This document shows positions 54,501 to 64,000 of a stretch of 64,000 nt of DNA, one piece after another. The DNA is from Bacillota bacterium (GTDB lineage Bacteria > Bacillota > Sulfobacillia > JAJZYS01 > JAJYTV01): contig JAJZAT010000002.1 in assembly GCA_021799275.1 (NCBI GenBank), positions 1,293 to 65,292 of the forward strand. The letters run 5' to 3'. The position numbers were made by a program, and so were the translations under genes. How positions within the stretch are numbered: the stretch's first letter is position 1; each line of letters begins with the position of its first letter. The notes beneath the pieces are model-generated. The model saw only the letters and a program-made list of their open reading frames with translations, ran no database searches and was not told where the DNA came from.

Positions 54501-55135
54501 GCCCCCTCACCCCCGCTCGTCATCAGGTCCTTCAACAGAACCTTGGCCGGGTCGCTCCCGATCACGATCAGGAGGTCGCCCGGTTCGAGCACCATGCGCG
54601 GGTCGGGCGAGAACATCTCCTCACCCTTGCGGGCGACGCCGATCACGGTGATGCCCGTCCGCGTGCGCAGGTCGGCGGAGCTCAGCGTCTGGCCGACGAG
54701 CGCCGATCCGTCCGGGATCACGATCTCCTCGACGTGGCGCATGGTGCTGAGGGCTCCCGATGTGCGGTGCACGAGGCGGTCGATAGCCTGGCTAAGGCGG
54801 TCGTCGATCTGCCGCCGCTCCCCCAGGAGGCCCTGCACCTCCCGCGCGAGGCCGTGCAGCTCGTCGTCAAGGCGCACCTCGTTCAAATACTGCTCCGCGG
54901 CGGCACGCGACCGCACCAGGACCCCTGATCCTGCGATCGCCGAGACGACGCCATGGCTGTGCAGCAGCGCCACGGCCCGGCGAATCGTCTCCGGGGAGAC
55001 CTTGTAGAGCCCTGCCAGCGAGGAGCGCCCGAAGAGGCGCTGTCCCTCCTGCCACTCCCGCTGGACGATGCGACTCGCGACGTCCGCCGCAATCTCTTCG
55101 TAGCGGGAGAGTCCGTTCGATCGTCTCGGTGTCAA
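54497..55135 (-). CDS. GntR wHTH - coiled coil - RCK_C (TrkA-C) regulator, BusR-like
   Basis: RYEEIAADVASRI, GRSSLAGLYKVSPETIRRAV, GSGV; C-terminal VGQTL...RTRTGITVIGVAR...SPDP...LEPGD. Confidence 0.85.
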   Translation of the reverse strand: MTPRRSNGLSRYEEIAADVASRIVQREWQEGQRLFGRSSLAGLYKVSPETIRRAVALLHSHGVVSAIAGSGVLVRSRAAAEQYLNEVRLDDELHGLAREVQGLLGERRQIDDRLSQAIDRLVHRTSGALSTMRHVEEIVIPDGSALVGQTLSSADLRTRTGITVIGVARKGEEMFSPDPRMVLEPGDLLIVIGSDPAKVLLKDLMTSGGEGA

Positions 55136-55950
55136 CTACTTCGCGCCGCTCCGCGCGGCACTCCCTCCCCCTGTCTCAAGCCAGGTGCAGGCTCGCCCCG
55201 CTCCATCCGCGGCGCGGCCTCCCGCACTGCGGTCCGCAGAGCCTCCTCGTCGGAGGCCGTAAGCCGGCGCATGCCCCCGGGCGGCAGGTCGCCGAGGGTC
55301 AAGGGACCGATCGCGACGCGCACGAGCCGCAGCGTGCGGCGCCCTAAAGCCGCCAGGGCGCGGCGTACGACGCGCTTGCGCCCTTCGGCGATGACGAGCT
55401 CGACGCGCCCCTCTCCCCCGGTGGCGCCCGGCAGCCGGCGTGCGGCAAGACAATGCAGGACGCCGTCCGGAAGCCCCACGCCTGTGAGGAGGCCCTCGAT
55501 CAGCCTGTCGTCCGCGGGGCCGTCGAGCGTTGCGACGTAGGTCTTCGGCACGTGGTAGCGGGGATGCATCAGCTGGTTCGCGAGTTCCCCGTCATTCGTC
55601 AGGATCAGCAGACCCTCGGAATCCCGGTCAAGCCTGCCCACCGGAAACAGGCGCCAGGGCAGGTTCTCCACGTAAAGGCGGACGCTCGGCCGCCCCTGCG
55701 GGTCGTCGAGCGTCGTGACAACGCCGGCAGGCTTATTCAAGAGATAGGAAACCTTCTCCTGCCCCGACCCGAGGGGGCGTCCGTCCACGGCGATCACGTC
55801 GACCCCGGCCACCGCCTTCTGCCCAAGGGCGGCCGGGACGCCGTTCACGGAGACGCGTCCCAGGCGGATCAGGTCTTCCGCGTGCCGACGCGAACAGACG
55901 CCGGCCTCCGCCAGAAGCACCTGCAGGCGCCGCGCGCCTAGTCCTTCAAT
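55132..55950 (-). CDS. rluB: RluB-like 23S rRNA pseudouridine synthase
   Basis: RLQVLLAEAGVCSRR (S4 domain), LNKPAG, VGRLDRDSEGL, KTY, EGRKRVVRR. Start proposed at ATT 55950. Confidence 0.9.
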   Translation of the reverse strand: MEGLGARRLQVLLAEAGVCSRRHAEDLIRLGRVSVNGVPAALGQKAVAGVDVIAVDGRPLGSGQEKVSYLLNKPAGVVTTLDDPQGRPSVRLYVENLPWRLFPVGRLDRDSEGLLILTNDGELANQLMHPRYHVPKTYVATLDGPADDRLIEGLLTGVGLPDGVLHCLAARRLPGATGGEGRVELVIAEGRKRVVRRALAALGRRTLRLVRVAIGPLTLGDLPPGGMRRLTASDEEALRTAVREAAPRMERGEPAPGLRQGEGVPRGAARSS

Positions 55951-56402
55951 CGCACCCAGACCTCCACTTCGACGGGGGCTCCGAGGGGCAACTCCGCGAC
56001 CCCCACGGCGCTGCGCGTGTGCTTGCCCTGGTCGCCGAACGCGGTGCCCAGGAGCTCGGAGGCGCCGTTGGCCACCTGGGGCTGTGCCGTGAATCCGGGA
56101 GCGCTCGCGACGAAGACGGTGACCCGCAGGACCTGCGCCACACGGTCGAGGTCGCCCGCCACGGAGCGGATCGCACCGAGGACATTGAGCGCGCAGCGGC
56201 GTGCCGCGGCCTGGCCCTGCTCGACATCGAGCTCCGCGCCCAGGTGTCCCGTGTACTCGAGCTTGCCCTGCGCGAGCGGCAACTGTCCGCTCGTGAAGAC
56301 ATCCTTGCCATCGCGGAGAGCCGGCACGTAGGCCGCCAAGGGCTTCGCGACCTCCGGCACCTCCAGGCCCGCCGCCTGCAGTCTTTCCTCTACCTTACCC
56401 AT
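55938..56402 (-). CDS. RidA/YjgF family protein
   Basis: PLAAYVP, TSGQLP, VANGASEL, HTRSAVGVAELPLGAPVEVE. Confidence 0.9.
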   Translation of the reverse strand: MGKVEERLQAAGLEVPEVAKPLAAYVPALRDGKDVFTSGQLPLAQGKLEYTGHLGAELDVEQGQAAARRCALNVLGAIRSVAGDLDRVAQVLRVTVFVASAPGFTAQPQVANGASELLGTAFGDQGKHTRSAVGVAELPLGAPVEVEVWVRLKD

Positions 56403-56507
56403 ACGTAGACGGCCACTGAGGCCTTCCGCCCCTTTCGGATCGGCTTCCTCTGGCATGATCCCCACTTGGGCCCACGCGTGTCAAGGCAAGCGGGTCCCAG
56501 ACGCTCC

Positions 56508-58688
56508 CTAACCGCGGGCCTCCGGCGGGAACATCCGCTCGTAGTCGAACTGGCTCAGGCGTACCTCGCGCGGCCGCGAGCCGTCCGGGGGTCCCACGAT
56601 CCCCCTCTGCTCCATCTGCTCGATCAGGCGCCGGGCACGGCTGTAGCCCACGCGCATCCTGCTCTGCAGCAGCGAGGCGGACGCGCTCTTGGCCTGCACC
56701 ACCACCTCGACCGCCTTGGCGAAGAGGGCGTCGACCTCCGGTTCCTGCTCGTCGTCGTCCTCGATCGGCGCCTCGAGGTCCTCACGGTACTCGGGCTCCT
56801 CTTGGCGCACGAACTCGAGCAGGCTCTGCATCTCCTGCTCGGAGACGTAGGCTCCCTGCGTGCGCAGAGGTTTGGCGAGGCCCAGCGGCGCGAACAGCAT
56901 GTCGCCCTTGCCGAGGAGGCGCTCGGCGCCTCCCTGGTCCAGGATGGTGCGCGAGTCCACCTGACTCGACACGGCGAACGCGACGCGCGACGGGATGTTG
57001 GCCTTGATGAGGCCGGTGATGACGTCCACCGTCGGCCGCTGGGTCGCCACGACGAGGTGGATGCCCGCGGCGCGGGCCATCTGCGCCAGGCGAGCGATCG
57101 TCTCCTCCACCTCGTTGGGCGCCACCATCATGAGGTCGGCGAGCTCGTCGATGACCACCACGTAGTAGGGCATGCGCTCTTCCGCGACTTCGTTGTAGCG
57201 CTGGATGTCGCGGCAGCCCGCCCTGGCGAACTGGAGGTAGCGCTCCTCCATCTCGCGCAGCACCCCGCGCAGCACGCCCGCGGCGCGCTTGGGGTCGGTC
57301 ACCACCGGGTAGAGGAGGTGCGGTATGCCGTCGAACTGCTGCAGCTCCACCACCTTGGGATCGATCAGGATGAGTCGTACCTCGGTCGGCGAAGCCCGGA
57401 AGAGCAGGCTCGCGATCAGCACGTTGAGGCAGACGCTCTTGCCGGAACCGGTCGCGCCGGCGATCAGGAGGTGCGGCATGCGGTCGAGCTCCGCGACGAC
57501 CGGGTTGCCTGCGATGTCCTTGCCGAACCCGACCGTCAGAAGCGAGTTCGAGGCGCGGAACGCGGGGGTCTCCAGGACCTCCCGCAGGCGAACGGGTGCG
57601 ATCTCGCTGTTGGGGACCTCGATGCCGATCGCCGCCTTGCCAGGGATCGGCGCCTCCATGCGCACATCGGTCGTCGCCATCGCGAGGGCGATGTCGTCGG
57701 CGAGCGCTACGATGCGCGAAACCTTCACGCCCGGCCCCGGCTGGACCTCGAACCTCGTCACCGCCGGTCCTTGCTGGTATTCGAGCACCCGCGCCTGGAC
57801 GCCGAAACTGCGGAGCGTCTCCTCGAGCAGGTGCGCGCGCGCCGGCGCGTCACGCTCGGTGTGCTTGCCGGAGCCCGCGTGAAGGAGGCTGAGCGGCGGC
57901 AGCCGGTACTCGCCGGCAGCGGGTCGCACGGTGCTGTCGAAAAGCGGCGGGGTCTCGGCCTGGGCACGGGCGGGGTGCCGCTCAGGCTGGGGCACGGGCG
58001 CCGGTTCGGGCACAGGGTCGTCCCACGGGGCGGGCGCAAGGCCGTGCGCCGGCGGAGGCTCGGGCTCGGGCACGACGGCCGGGGCCAGCGCTGTGGCGAT
58101 TGGAGGTGCGGGCGGGGCGGCCGCGGCCGTCTCCGCGGGCACGTCTTCGAGTACGAAGTCGGTCACCTTGCGGTAGGCCGTCTTGGCACCCTGCTTCGCG
58201 ACCTGCTCGGAACCGCGCATCAGCTGTCCGAGGAACGGCCGGAAGACCACACTGAGCGTGAGAATAGGCCAAAGGCCGAGGAGAATGTCGCGCCCGTCGG
58301 AGCCGAGCAGGGCGTCGGCGCCGAGCACCATGTATCGCCCGACCGCGTCCGAGCCGGGGCCTGTCCAACCGGCGGCCGCGATCAGCATGGTCCACCAGAG
58401 CAGAAGAACCGCTGTGCCCCAGCGCAAAGCGGGACGCAGGTCGCTGCCCCGGACCATCAGCACGCCCAGCAGCAGCAGCAGGAGCAGCCAAGGCAGGGCC
58501 GCGCCGCCGACAGCGAAGCTGGCGGCCCTCTCCCAGAGGACGCCGAGCGCACCCGCCGGATGGGCGTCCCAGACGAGACCGAACAAGGCCGCCGCGAGCA
58601 GCAGCAGCCCCCAGAGCTCCCGCCGCCGGCGTCCGCTGGTCGCCGTTGCCCGCTTGCCTCGGGACTTCGCCTGCGTCGCCCGCTTCAC
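56508..58688 (-). CDS. ftsK: DNA translocase FtsK/SpoIIIE
   Basis: N-terminal TM helices; GPAVTRFE, PIPGK, HLLIAGATGSGKS, IDPK, IDELADLMM, ATQRP; gamma domain LLQSRMRVGYSRA. Confidence 0.95.
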   Translation of the reverse strand: MKRATQAKSRGKRATATSGRRRRELWGLLLLAAALFGLVWDAHPAGALGVLWERAASFAVGGAALPWLLLLLLLGVLMVRGSDLRPALRWGTAVLLLWWTMLIAAAGWTGPGSDAVGRYMVLGADALLGSDGRDILLGLWPILTLSVVFRPFLGQLMRGSEQVAKQGAKTAYRKVTDFVLEDVPAETAAAAPPAPPIATALAPAVVPEPEPPPAHGLAPAPWDDPVPEPAPVPQPERHPARAQAETPPLFDSTVRPAAGEYRLPPLSLLHAGSGKHTERDAPARAHLLEETLRSFGVQARVLEYQQGPAVTRFEVQPGPGVKVSRIVALADDIALAMATTDVRMEAPIPGKAAIGIEVPNSEIAPVRLREVLETPAFRASNSLLTVGFGKDIAGNPVVAELDRMPHLLIAGATGSGKSVCLNVLIASLLFRASPTEVRLILIDPKVVELQQFDGIPHLLYPVVTDPKRAAGVLRGVLREMEERYLQFARAGCRDIQRYNEVAEERMPYYVVVIDELADLMMVAPNEVEETIARLAQMARAAGIHLVVATQRPTVDVITGLIKANIPSRVAFAVSSQVDSRTILDQGGAERLLGKGDMLFAPLGLAKPLRTQGAYVSEQEMQSLLEFVRQEEPEYREDLEAPIEDDDEQEPEVDALFAKAVEVVVQAKSASASLLQSRMRVGYSRARRLIEQMEQRGIVGPPDGSRPREVRLSQFDYERMFPPEARG

Positions 58689-59443
58689 CCGAGCCAAAGG
58701 CCCACCCCCGCCAATGCCAGCGTGTAGATCGCGAACCAGGAGACGCGGCCCCTGCGCAGAAGGCCGATCAACCAGCGCAGGCTCAGGATGCCGACCAAGG
58801 CGGCCGCAGCTGTGGCGGCGAGCATCTCGGGCCACGGCGCTCCGCCGAGACCGCCGCGATAGAGTTCGCGCGCGAGCGCGGCGAGCACGGTCGGAATCGA
58901 AAGCAGGAAGGTGAATTCGGCGGCCGCCTCGGGGGAAACCCCTAGGAGGCGCGCCGTCGCGATGGTCGTGCCGGATCGGCTGAGCCCGGGCCAGACGGCC
59001 ACCCCCTGCGCGGCGCCGATCAAGAGGCCGTCGATCGGTGCGGGCAGCGGCCGGCCGCCGAGCGGCAGGCGCGCCAGCACAAGAAGCAGAAGACTGGTGC
59101 CGAGGAAGCCGACGGCGACGAGCCAGGGCTCGCCGAAGGCGGCTTCCGCCGGGCCCGAGAGCAGCAAGGCGAAGGGCAGCGTCGCCAGCAGGGCCCAGAC
59201 GAACGTCGAAATCCTGCGACCACGCTCGGGCGCAGGTTGCGCGACGACATCGGCAATCGCCCGGCGATAGAACCACAGCACCGCGACGAGGGTGCCGACG
59301 TGCGTGGCGACCGCGAGCCCTATACCGCCCGACTCGAGGTGCAGCAGGTGCGCCGCGAGGGCGAGGTGACCAGAACTCGATACCGGGAGGAACTCCGTCA
59401 GGCCCTGGAGGACACCGTAGAGGACGGCGGCCGCTAGACCCAC
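58685..59443 (-). CDS. uppP: Undecaprenyl-diphosphate phosphatase
   Basis: QGLTEFLPVSSSGH, PGLSRSGTTI, FLLSIP, FAIY. Confidence 0.93.
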   Translation of the reverse strand: MGLAAAVLYGVLQGLTEFLPVSSSGHLALAAHLLHLESGGIGLAVATHVGTLVAVLWFYRRAIADVVAQPAPERGRRISTFVWALLATLPFALLLSGPAEAAFGEPWLVAVGFLGTSLLLLVLARLPLGGRPLPAPIDGLLIGAAQGVAVWPGLSRSGTTIATARLLGVSPEAAAEFTFLLSIPTVLAALARELYRGGLGGAPWPEMLAATAAAALVGILSLRWLIGLLRRGRVSWFAIYTLALAGVGLWLG

Positions 59444-59478
59444 GTCGCATTCCTCCCGAGAGGCCTGGATCGGCACAG

Positions 59479-59487
59479 ATTATAGCA
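59479..59487 (-). promoter_or_regulatory. Extended -10 promoter element upstream of uppP
   Basis: TGCTATAAT on the minus strand; no good -35. Confidence 0.55.
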
Positions 59488-59545
59488 TAGGCAGGCCCTG
59501 CAGAACCGGTAGCATCTGGTATCGGAAAGGTGGGGGTGAAACCCT

Positions 59546-61579
59546 GTGAACCGTCTCGCGGAGAGTCTCAGCCCGTATCTCCTCGCGCACCGGGAGGACC
59601 CGGTCGACTGGCAGCCCTGGGACGAGGCGGCGCTCGCACTCGCCCGGCGCGAGGACCGCCCCATCCTGCTCAGCATCGGCTACGCCTCGTGCCACTGGTG
59701 CCACGTCATGCAACACGAGTCCTTCCAGGACGAGACGATCGCCCGGCGGATCAACGAGGGCTTCGTAGCGATCAAGGTGGATCGCGAGGAGCTCCCGGAC
59801 GTCGACCAGGTCTACCAGAGCGTCTGCCAGGTGGTGACGGGACAGGGCGGCTGGCCGCTCACCGTCTTCCTGACGCCCGACCTGCGCCCATTCCTGATCG
59901 GGACCTATTACCCGCCGACGAGGCGGTACGGGCGACCGGGTTTCGCGGAGGTGCTCGCCTCGGTGCTGGACGCCTACCGGACGCGTCGGGACGAGGTGGA
60001 GCAGGTGGCCGGGAACTGGGCCGGCGCTGCGCGGGTGGTCCTCCCTCCCCCCTCCCGGCCGGTCTCCGAGGAGCCGGATGAGGCCATTCGGAACGCCGTG
60101 GCGAGCGTTCTCGCGTCCTACGATGGGCAGCGCGGCGGCTTCGGCGGAGCGCCGAAGTTCCCGCAAGGGCCGAACCTCGCGCTGCTCCTGCGCGCCAGGC
60201 AGCTCCTGCACGACGCCCGGGCGGACGACGCCTTGCGCACAACGCTGCGGGCCATGATGCGCGGCGGCGTCCATGATCAGATCGCCGGCGGCTTCCACCG
60301 CTACGCGGTCGACGCGGCATGGCAGGTGCCGCACTTCGAGAAGATGCTCGAGGATCAGGCCCTGCTCGCGCCGCTCTACACTGAGTTCTGGCTGGCCACG
60401 GGCGAGACCTGGGCCCGCGAGGTGGCCGAAACGACCCTGCGGTATGTGGACGCGACCCTCTCGTCGCCTGAAGGCGGCTTCTACATCTCGCAGGATGCCG
60501 ACAGTCCGGGCGGCGAGGGCGCCTACTACCGGTTCTCCCTGCACGACCTCGACCGGCTGCTCGGAGCCGACGCGCATGCCGCCGTCCTCCACTTCGGCCT
60601 CGATGATCCTGGCGTGGCCGAGGAAGGCGTGCTGCAGCTCAGGCGGGACGTCGACCAGGTGGCAACGGCCTTGGGAGAGCAGCCGGAGGTCGTCCGGGAG
60701 CGTCTGGGGCGCTCTCACGCCGCCCTCGCCGAGGCGCGACGAGGCCGGCCCGCGCCGGGTGTGGACCGCAAGGTGCTCGCCGGCGCGACAGGACTCGCGA
60801 TCTCCGCGTTTGCCCGCCTGGGCAGCGCCGAGGGCCGGGAGCGCTGGCTGCTGCGGGCCCGCCGGGCCGCTTCGTTCGCCCTCGAGCGGCTCCGCCGGGA
60901 TGACGGCAGCTTGAGCCGCCGCTTCTACGAGGGGCGCGCCGGGATCCCGGGCTACCTCGAAGACTATGCGGGCCTCGCGCAGGGACTTCTCGACCTCTAT
61001 CTCGCGGGGGGGGACCTCGGATGGCTGGATGCGGCGCTTCGCCTCTGTCGCAAGGCCATCGAGCTGTTCTGGGACAGGGAGTCCGGGGTGCTCTACAGCG
61101 CGCCGCTGGACGCCAAGACGCCGCTCGCCCGCCCCGTGGACGGGTTCGACGGAGCGAAGCCCGCGGCGCAGAGTCGAATGTTGCGGCTGGCCAGCCTGCT
61201 GTCGAGCTTCGACGAGGATCTGCCGGCCGCAGAGCTGGCCGAGTCGGTCTTGAGGACGCAGCAGGCCCTCTGGTCCGACCATCCCGCGGCGAGCCCTTCG
61301 CTCGTCGAAGCCCGCGACGTCTATCTCCGCGGCCCTCGCGAGGTGACCATCGCGGCGGCGCCGGGTGACCCGCAAGCCGCGCACTGGATGCAGGAGCTGC
61401 GCCGCCTGGCGCTCCCGGACCTCCTGCCGACGTGGATCCATCCAGGGCGCGACTTCGCCCTTTGGCGAGGCAAGCGGGTACTTGACGGCCAGGCGACCGT
61501 CTACGCCTGCCGGCTTGGCGCCTGCAGCGCCCCGCTGCACGACCTGCCCTCGGCGCTCGAATTTCTCGGCCAAAGCTAG
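59546..61579 (+). CDS. YyaL/SSP411-like thioredoxin-domain protein
   Basis: [61 protein letters not shown]. Confidence 0.92.
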   Translation: MNRLAESLSPYLLAHREDPVDWQPWDEAALALARREDRPILLSIGYASCHWCHVMQHESFQDETIARRINEGFVAIKVDREELPDVDQVYQSVCQVVTGQGGWPLTVFLTPDLRPFLIGTYYPPTRRYGRPGFAEVLASVLDAYRTRRDEVEQVAGNWAGAARVVLPPPSRPVSEEPDEAIRNAVASVLASYDGQRGGFGGAPKFPQGPNLALLLRARQLLHDARADDALRTTLRAMMRGGVHDQIAGGFHRYAVDAAWQVPHFEKMLEDQALLAPLYTEFWLATGETWAREVAETTLRYVDATLSSPEGGFYISQDADSPGGEGAYYRFSLHDLDRLLGADAHAAVLHFGLDDPGVAEEGVLQLRRDVDQVATALGEQPEVVRERLGRSHAALAEARRGRPAPGVDRKVLAGATGLAISAFARLGSAEGRERWLLRARRAASFALERLRRDDGSLSRRFYEGRAGIPGYLEDYAGLAQGLLDLYLAGGDLGWLDAALRLCRKAIELFWDRESGVLYSAPLDAKTPLARPVDGFDGAKPAAQSRMLRLASLLSSFDEDLPAAELAESVLRTQQALWSDHPAASPSLVEARDVYLRGPREVTIAAAPGDPQAAHWMQELRRLALPDLLPTWIHPGRDFALWRGKRVLDGQATVYACRLGACSAPLHDLPSALEFLGQS

Positions 61580-61593
61580 CGGTGTCGTTCGCC

Positions 61594-62184
61594 TCAGCGC
61601 AAAGCCGTCGCCACCGCGGCCAGCAGCAGCCAAAGGTTCACGTCGGCGAGGAAGAGGCGCTCCATGAGGCCGAAGATGCGCCTGAGGCGCAAGCCCGGCA
61701 CCAGCGTCAGAACCATGAGCACGACCAATGGGAACGCGAGGGACGCGAGGACGTCCAGGAGGCGCAAGGCCGCCAGCGGCGACGCCTTGGACAAGGTGGT
61801 CAGGGCGAAGACCGCCGCCACGAAGCTCAGGATGGCGAGGAGCGCGTGCAACAGGCCGACCGCGGTCGCTTTGGTGCCAGACTCGTCGGTCAGGACGAAG
61901 ACCATGCCGAGTCGGCTGAGCGCGAGAATGGCCAGCCAGACGAGGCCCGCCTGAGCGGCAGGCTGCGCTAAGGCGCTCCGCAGCGCGAGGAGCAGGCCCA
62001 CCGTCCCGACCACGTTGACGGCAGTCATGATGCGGGCCAGGCCAGCGAACCTGCCGCGCGAGTAGTCGCTCACCGTGTGGTAGAGAGGATGGCGGTCGGT
62101 CGGGAGAACGTGCAGCGCGATCATGCCGGCGAAGTAGACGAGGAATGCGAGCGCGGCGAGCCATGCCACCGACTGCAACACCAT
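61594..62184 (-). CDS. DUF998-like membrane protein
   Basis: LHVL...HTVSDY, FVLTD, LHALLA, GLMERLF; several TM helices; SD GGAGGAG. Confidence 0.7.
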   Translation of the reverse strand: MVLQSVAWLAALAFLVYFAGMIALHVLPTDRHPLYHTVSDYSRGRFAGLARIMTAVNVVGTVGLLLALRSALAQPAAQAGLVWLAILALSRLGMVFVLTDESGTKATAVGLLHALLAILSFVAAVFALTTLSKASPLAALRLLDVLASLAFPLVVLMVLTLVPGLRLRRIFGLMERLFLADVNLWLLLAAVATALR

Positions 62185-62423
62185 GGCTCCTCCCTCGAAC
62201 GAGGCGAATGCGGCCGGTCCAGGGACGGCGCCAGATTTCTCGACGAGCGGACGGAGTCCTGCCGCATCGGGTCGGCCGCATGCTGATCACGCTGCGGGCA
62301 CTGGCCGCTTCCTCCGCTCGAAACGGCGGGGTGCGCACGGTGGTAGGAGCCGCCAGGGTTCAAGTCGAAGATTCAGCTATATCCTTGTGCCCATGTCCTG
62401 GGGCGCAGACGGAGGTTTGCACA

Positions 62424-63197
62424 TTGGGTCTGCTTTCCGGCAAGCGCGCCCTCGTCGTCGGGGTCGCCAACAAGCGCTCGATCGCCTGGGGTATCGCCCG
62501 CACCCTCGCCGACGAAGGCGCGGAACTCGCCCTCACGTATCAGCACGACCGCTTCCGCGAGAATCTCGAGAAACTCGTCCCCGAACTGCCCCAAGGCGCG
62601 ATCACGTTGCCGCTCGACGTCGCCGACGACGCCTCCCTCGATGCGCTGCGCGAGAGCCTGACCTCCCAATGGGGCAAGGTGGACATCGTCATCCACTCGG
62701 TCGCCTTCGCCCGCACCGAGGACCTCCAGTCGCGCTTCGTCGACCTGCCGCGCGAAGGCTACGCCCTGTCGCAGGACGTGAGCGCCTACTCGCTCGTCGC
62801 GCTGACGCGGGCCGTTCTGCCGCTGCTGCAGGCCGCGGGTGGCGGGTCCGTGCTCACGATGACCTACCTGGGCGGTGAGCGGGTGATGCCGAGCTACAAC
62901 GTCATGGGTGTCGCCAAGGCCGCGCTCGAGTCCGCCATGCGCTACCTCGCGTGGGACTGCGGTGGGGACAACATCCGTGTCAACGCCATCTCGGCGGGAC
63001 CTTTGCGCACGCTGGCCTCGTCGGCCGTCAAGGCCGCCGCGGTATTGCGTGACGTTCCTGAGCGCACACCCTTGAAGCGCAACATCGCATTGGAGGACGT
63101 CGGGCACGCCGCGGCGTTCCTCTGCTCCGACTGGGCGCAGAACATTACGGGACAGGTGCTCTTCGTTGACGCCGGGTTCCATATCATGGGCATGTAG
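62424..63197 (+). CDS. fabI: Enoyl-ACP reductase FabI
   Basis: GVANKRSIAWGIA, HSVAFA, SAYS, TYLG, YNVMGVAKAALE, ISAGPLRTLA. Confidence 0.95.
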   Translation: MGLLSGKRALVVGVANKRSIAWGIARTLADEGAELALTYQHDRFRENLEKLVPELPQGAITLPLDVADDASLDALRESLTSQWGKVDIVIHSVAFARTEDLQSRFVDLPREGYALSQDVSAYSLVALTRAVLPLLQAAGGGSVLTMTYLGGERVMPSYNVMGVAKAALESAMRYLAWDCGGDNIRVNAISAGPLRTLASSAVKAAAVLRDVPERTPLKRNIALEDVGHAAAFLCSDWAQNITGQVLFVDAGFHIMGM

Positions 63198-63265
63198 CCT
63201 GGGACACCGACCCTGTCCGATCCCCGAACTCAACTGGGCCGGGCTGCATGGGAGGCTGATGGCGC

Positions 63266-64000
63266 TTGCATCTCAATGCGCGTCGCGGCACGCCAAGGCT
63301 GCTCGGCCTTCTGCTTGCCATCCTGACCGTGGCGGCCTGCGGAACCACGGCCCAGGGCGCGTCTCCTGCGGGCGTGAAGCCCCAGACTTCCCGCCCGACC
63401 CGGGCGAGCGGGACGCCGAAGACGCGCAGTGCGTCGCGCAGGCAGCAAAAAGCGTTGCCGCCTCTCCCCCGGCCCACCCCCGCGCACCCGATCACGATTC
63501 TCGTCGTCGGCGACTCGCTCGGGGAGGACCTCGGCATCGGGATGCAGGCCCTGATCGGCCGGCAGCCCGACGTGCGGCTCTACTCCGATGCCGTTGGGTC
63601 CACCGGCCTCGTCAACACCGCCTACTACGACTGGCAGGCGGTCCTGGCGAAGGAACTGCAACGCGACCGACCGGAAGTCGTCCTTGCGCTGTTCGGCGGG
63701 AACGACGCCCTCAGTTTCGACCAGGCGGGACGCTATGTTGCCTTTGGCAGCGCGCTCTGGCGCGCCGACTATGGCGGCCGCGTCGCCGCGATCATGCGCG
63801 CATCCCGTCAGGCGGGGGCGCGGGTCCTCTGGGTCGGGCTGCCTGTGATGGGACCTTCCTCGGTGCTGAAAAACCGATCCATGCAGGACCTGAATTCCGT
63901 CTACCAGGCGCAGGCGGCCGCGTACCGCGGGGTCGCGTTCCTCTCCACCTGGAAACTCTTCGCGACGCCTGCGGGGCAGTACACGGCGGACCTCACGGAT
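63266..64000 (+). CDS. SGNH/GDSL (DUF459-like) lipoprotein, 3' truncated by the window edge
   Basis: TTG 10 nt after GGAGG; lipobox VAAC; VVGDSLG; STGL...YDW; FGGND; LWVGLP. Absent from the supplied ORF track because no stop falls in the window. Confidence 0.8.
   Translation, partial: MHLNARRGTPRLLGLLLAILTVAACGTTAQGASPAGVKPQTSRPTRASGTPKTRSASRRQQKALPPLPRPTPAHPITILVVGDSLGEDLGIGMQALIGRQPDVRLYSDAVGSTGLVNTAYYDWQAVLAKELQRDRPEVVLALFGGNDALSFDQAGRYVAFGSALWRADYGGRVAAIMRASRQAGARVLWVGLPVMGPSSVLKNRSMQDLNSVYQAQAAAYRGVAFLSTWKLFATPAGQYTADLTD

Noticed and set aside
1..64000. CRISPR arrays, IS elements, prophage, rRNA
   Set aside because: No regularly spaced repeats, transposase, integrase or phage genes, or rRNA-like sequence seen by eye.

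Overview
Very GC-rich chromosomal window from an endospore-forming Firmicute (spoIVA, an alpha/beta SASP, yqhV, ypmA, and a Bacillus-like cmk-rpsA-yphA-yphB-ypzH-der-plsY-gpsA-spoIVA order). It holds about 65 CDSs, mostly on the minus strand, and one tRNA-Pro(GGG). I saw no mobile element, prophage or CRISPR array. The most notable modules are: (1) a tight operon joining a split-alpha membrane transhydrogenase (PntAA/AB/B), a GltD-like NADP(H) flavo-Fe-S protein and a four-subunit 2-oxoacid:ferredoxin oxidoreductase; (2) a speD-ndk-phosphorylase-ahcY-mtaD block whose motifs point to an inosine-type (deaminating) SAM-recycling route; (3) a Tat-less molybdoenzyme with a fused Fe-S/NrfD partner next to a CysL-like LysR; (4) three tandem M42 peptidases, the third apparently catalytically dead; (5) an orphan MreB-like actin missing the catalytic Glu; (6) a GntR-RCK_C (BusR-like) regulator coupled to NAD-salvage genes; (7) probable non-canonical ATT/CTG starts for dinG, rluB and dedA. 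All calls come from reading motifs by eye; no database searches were run.
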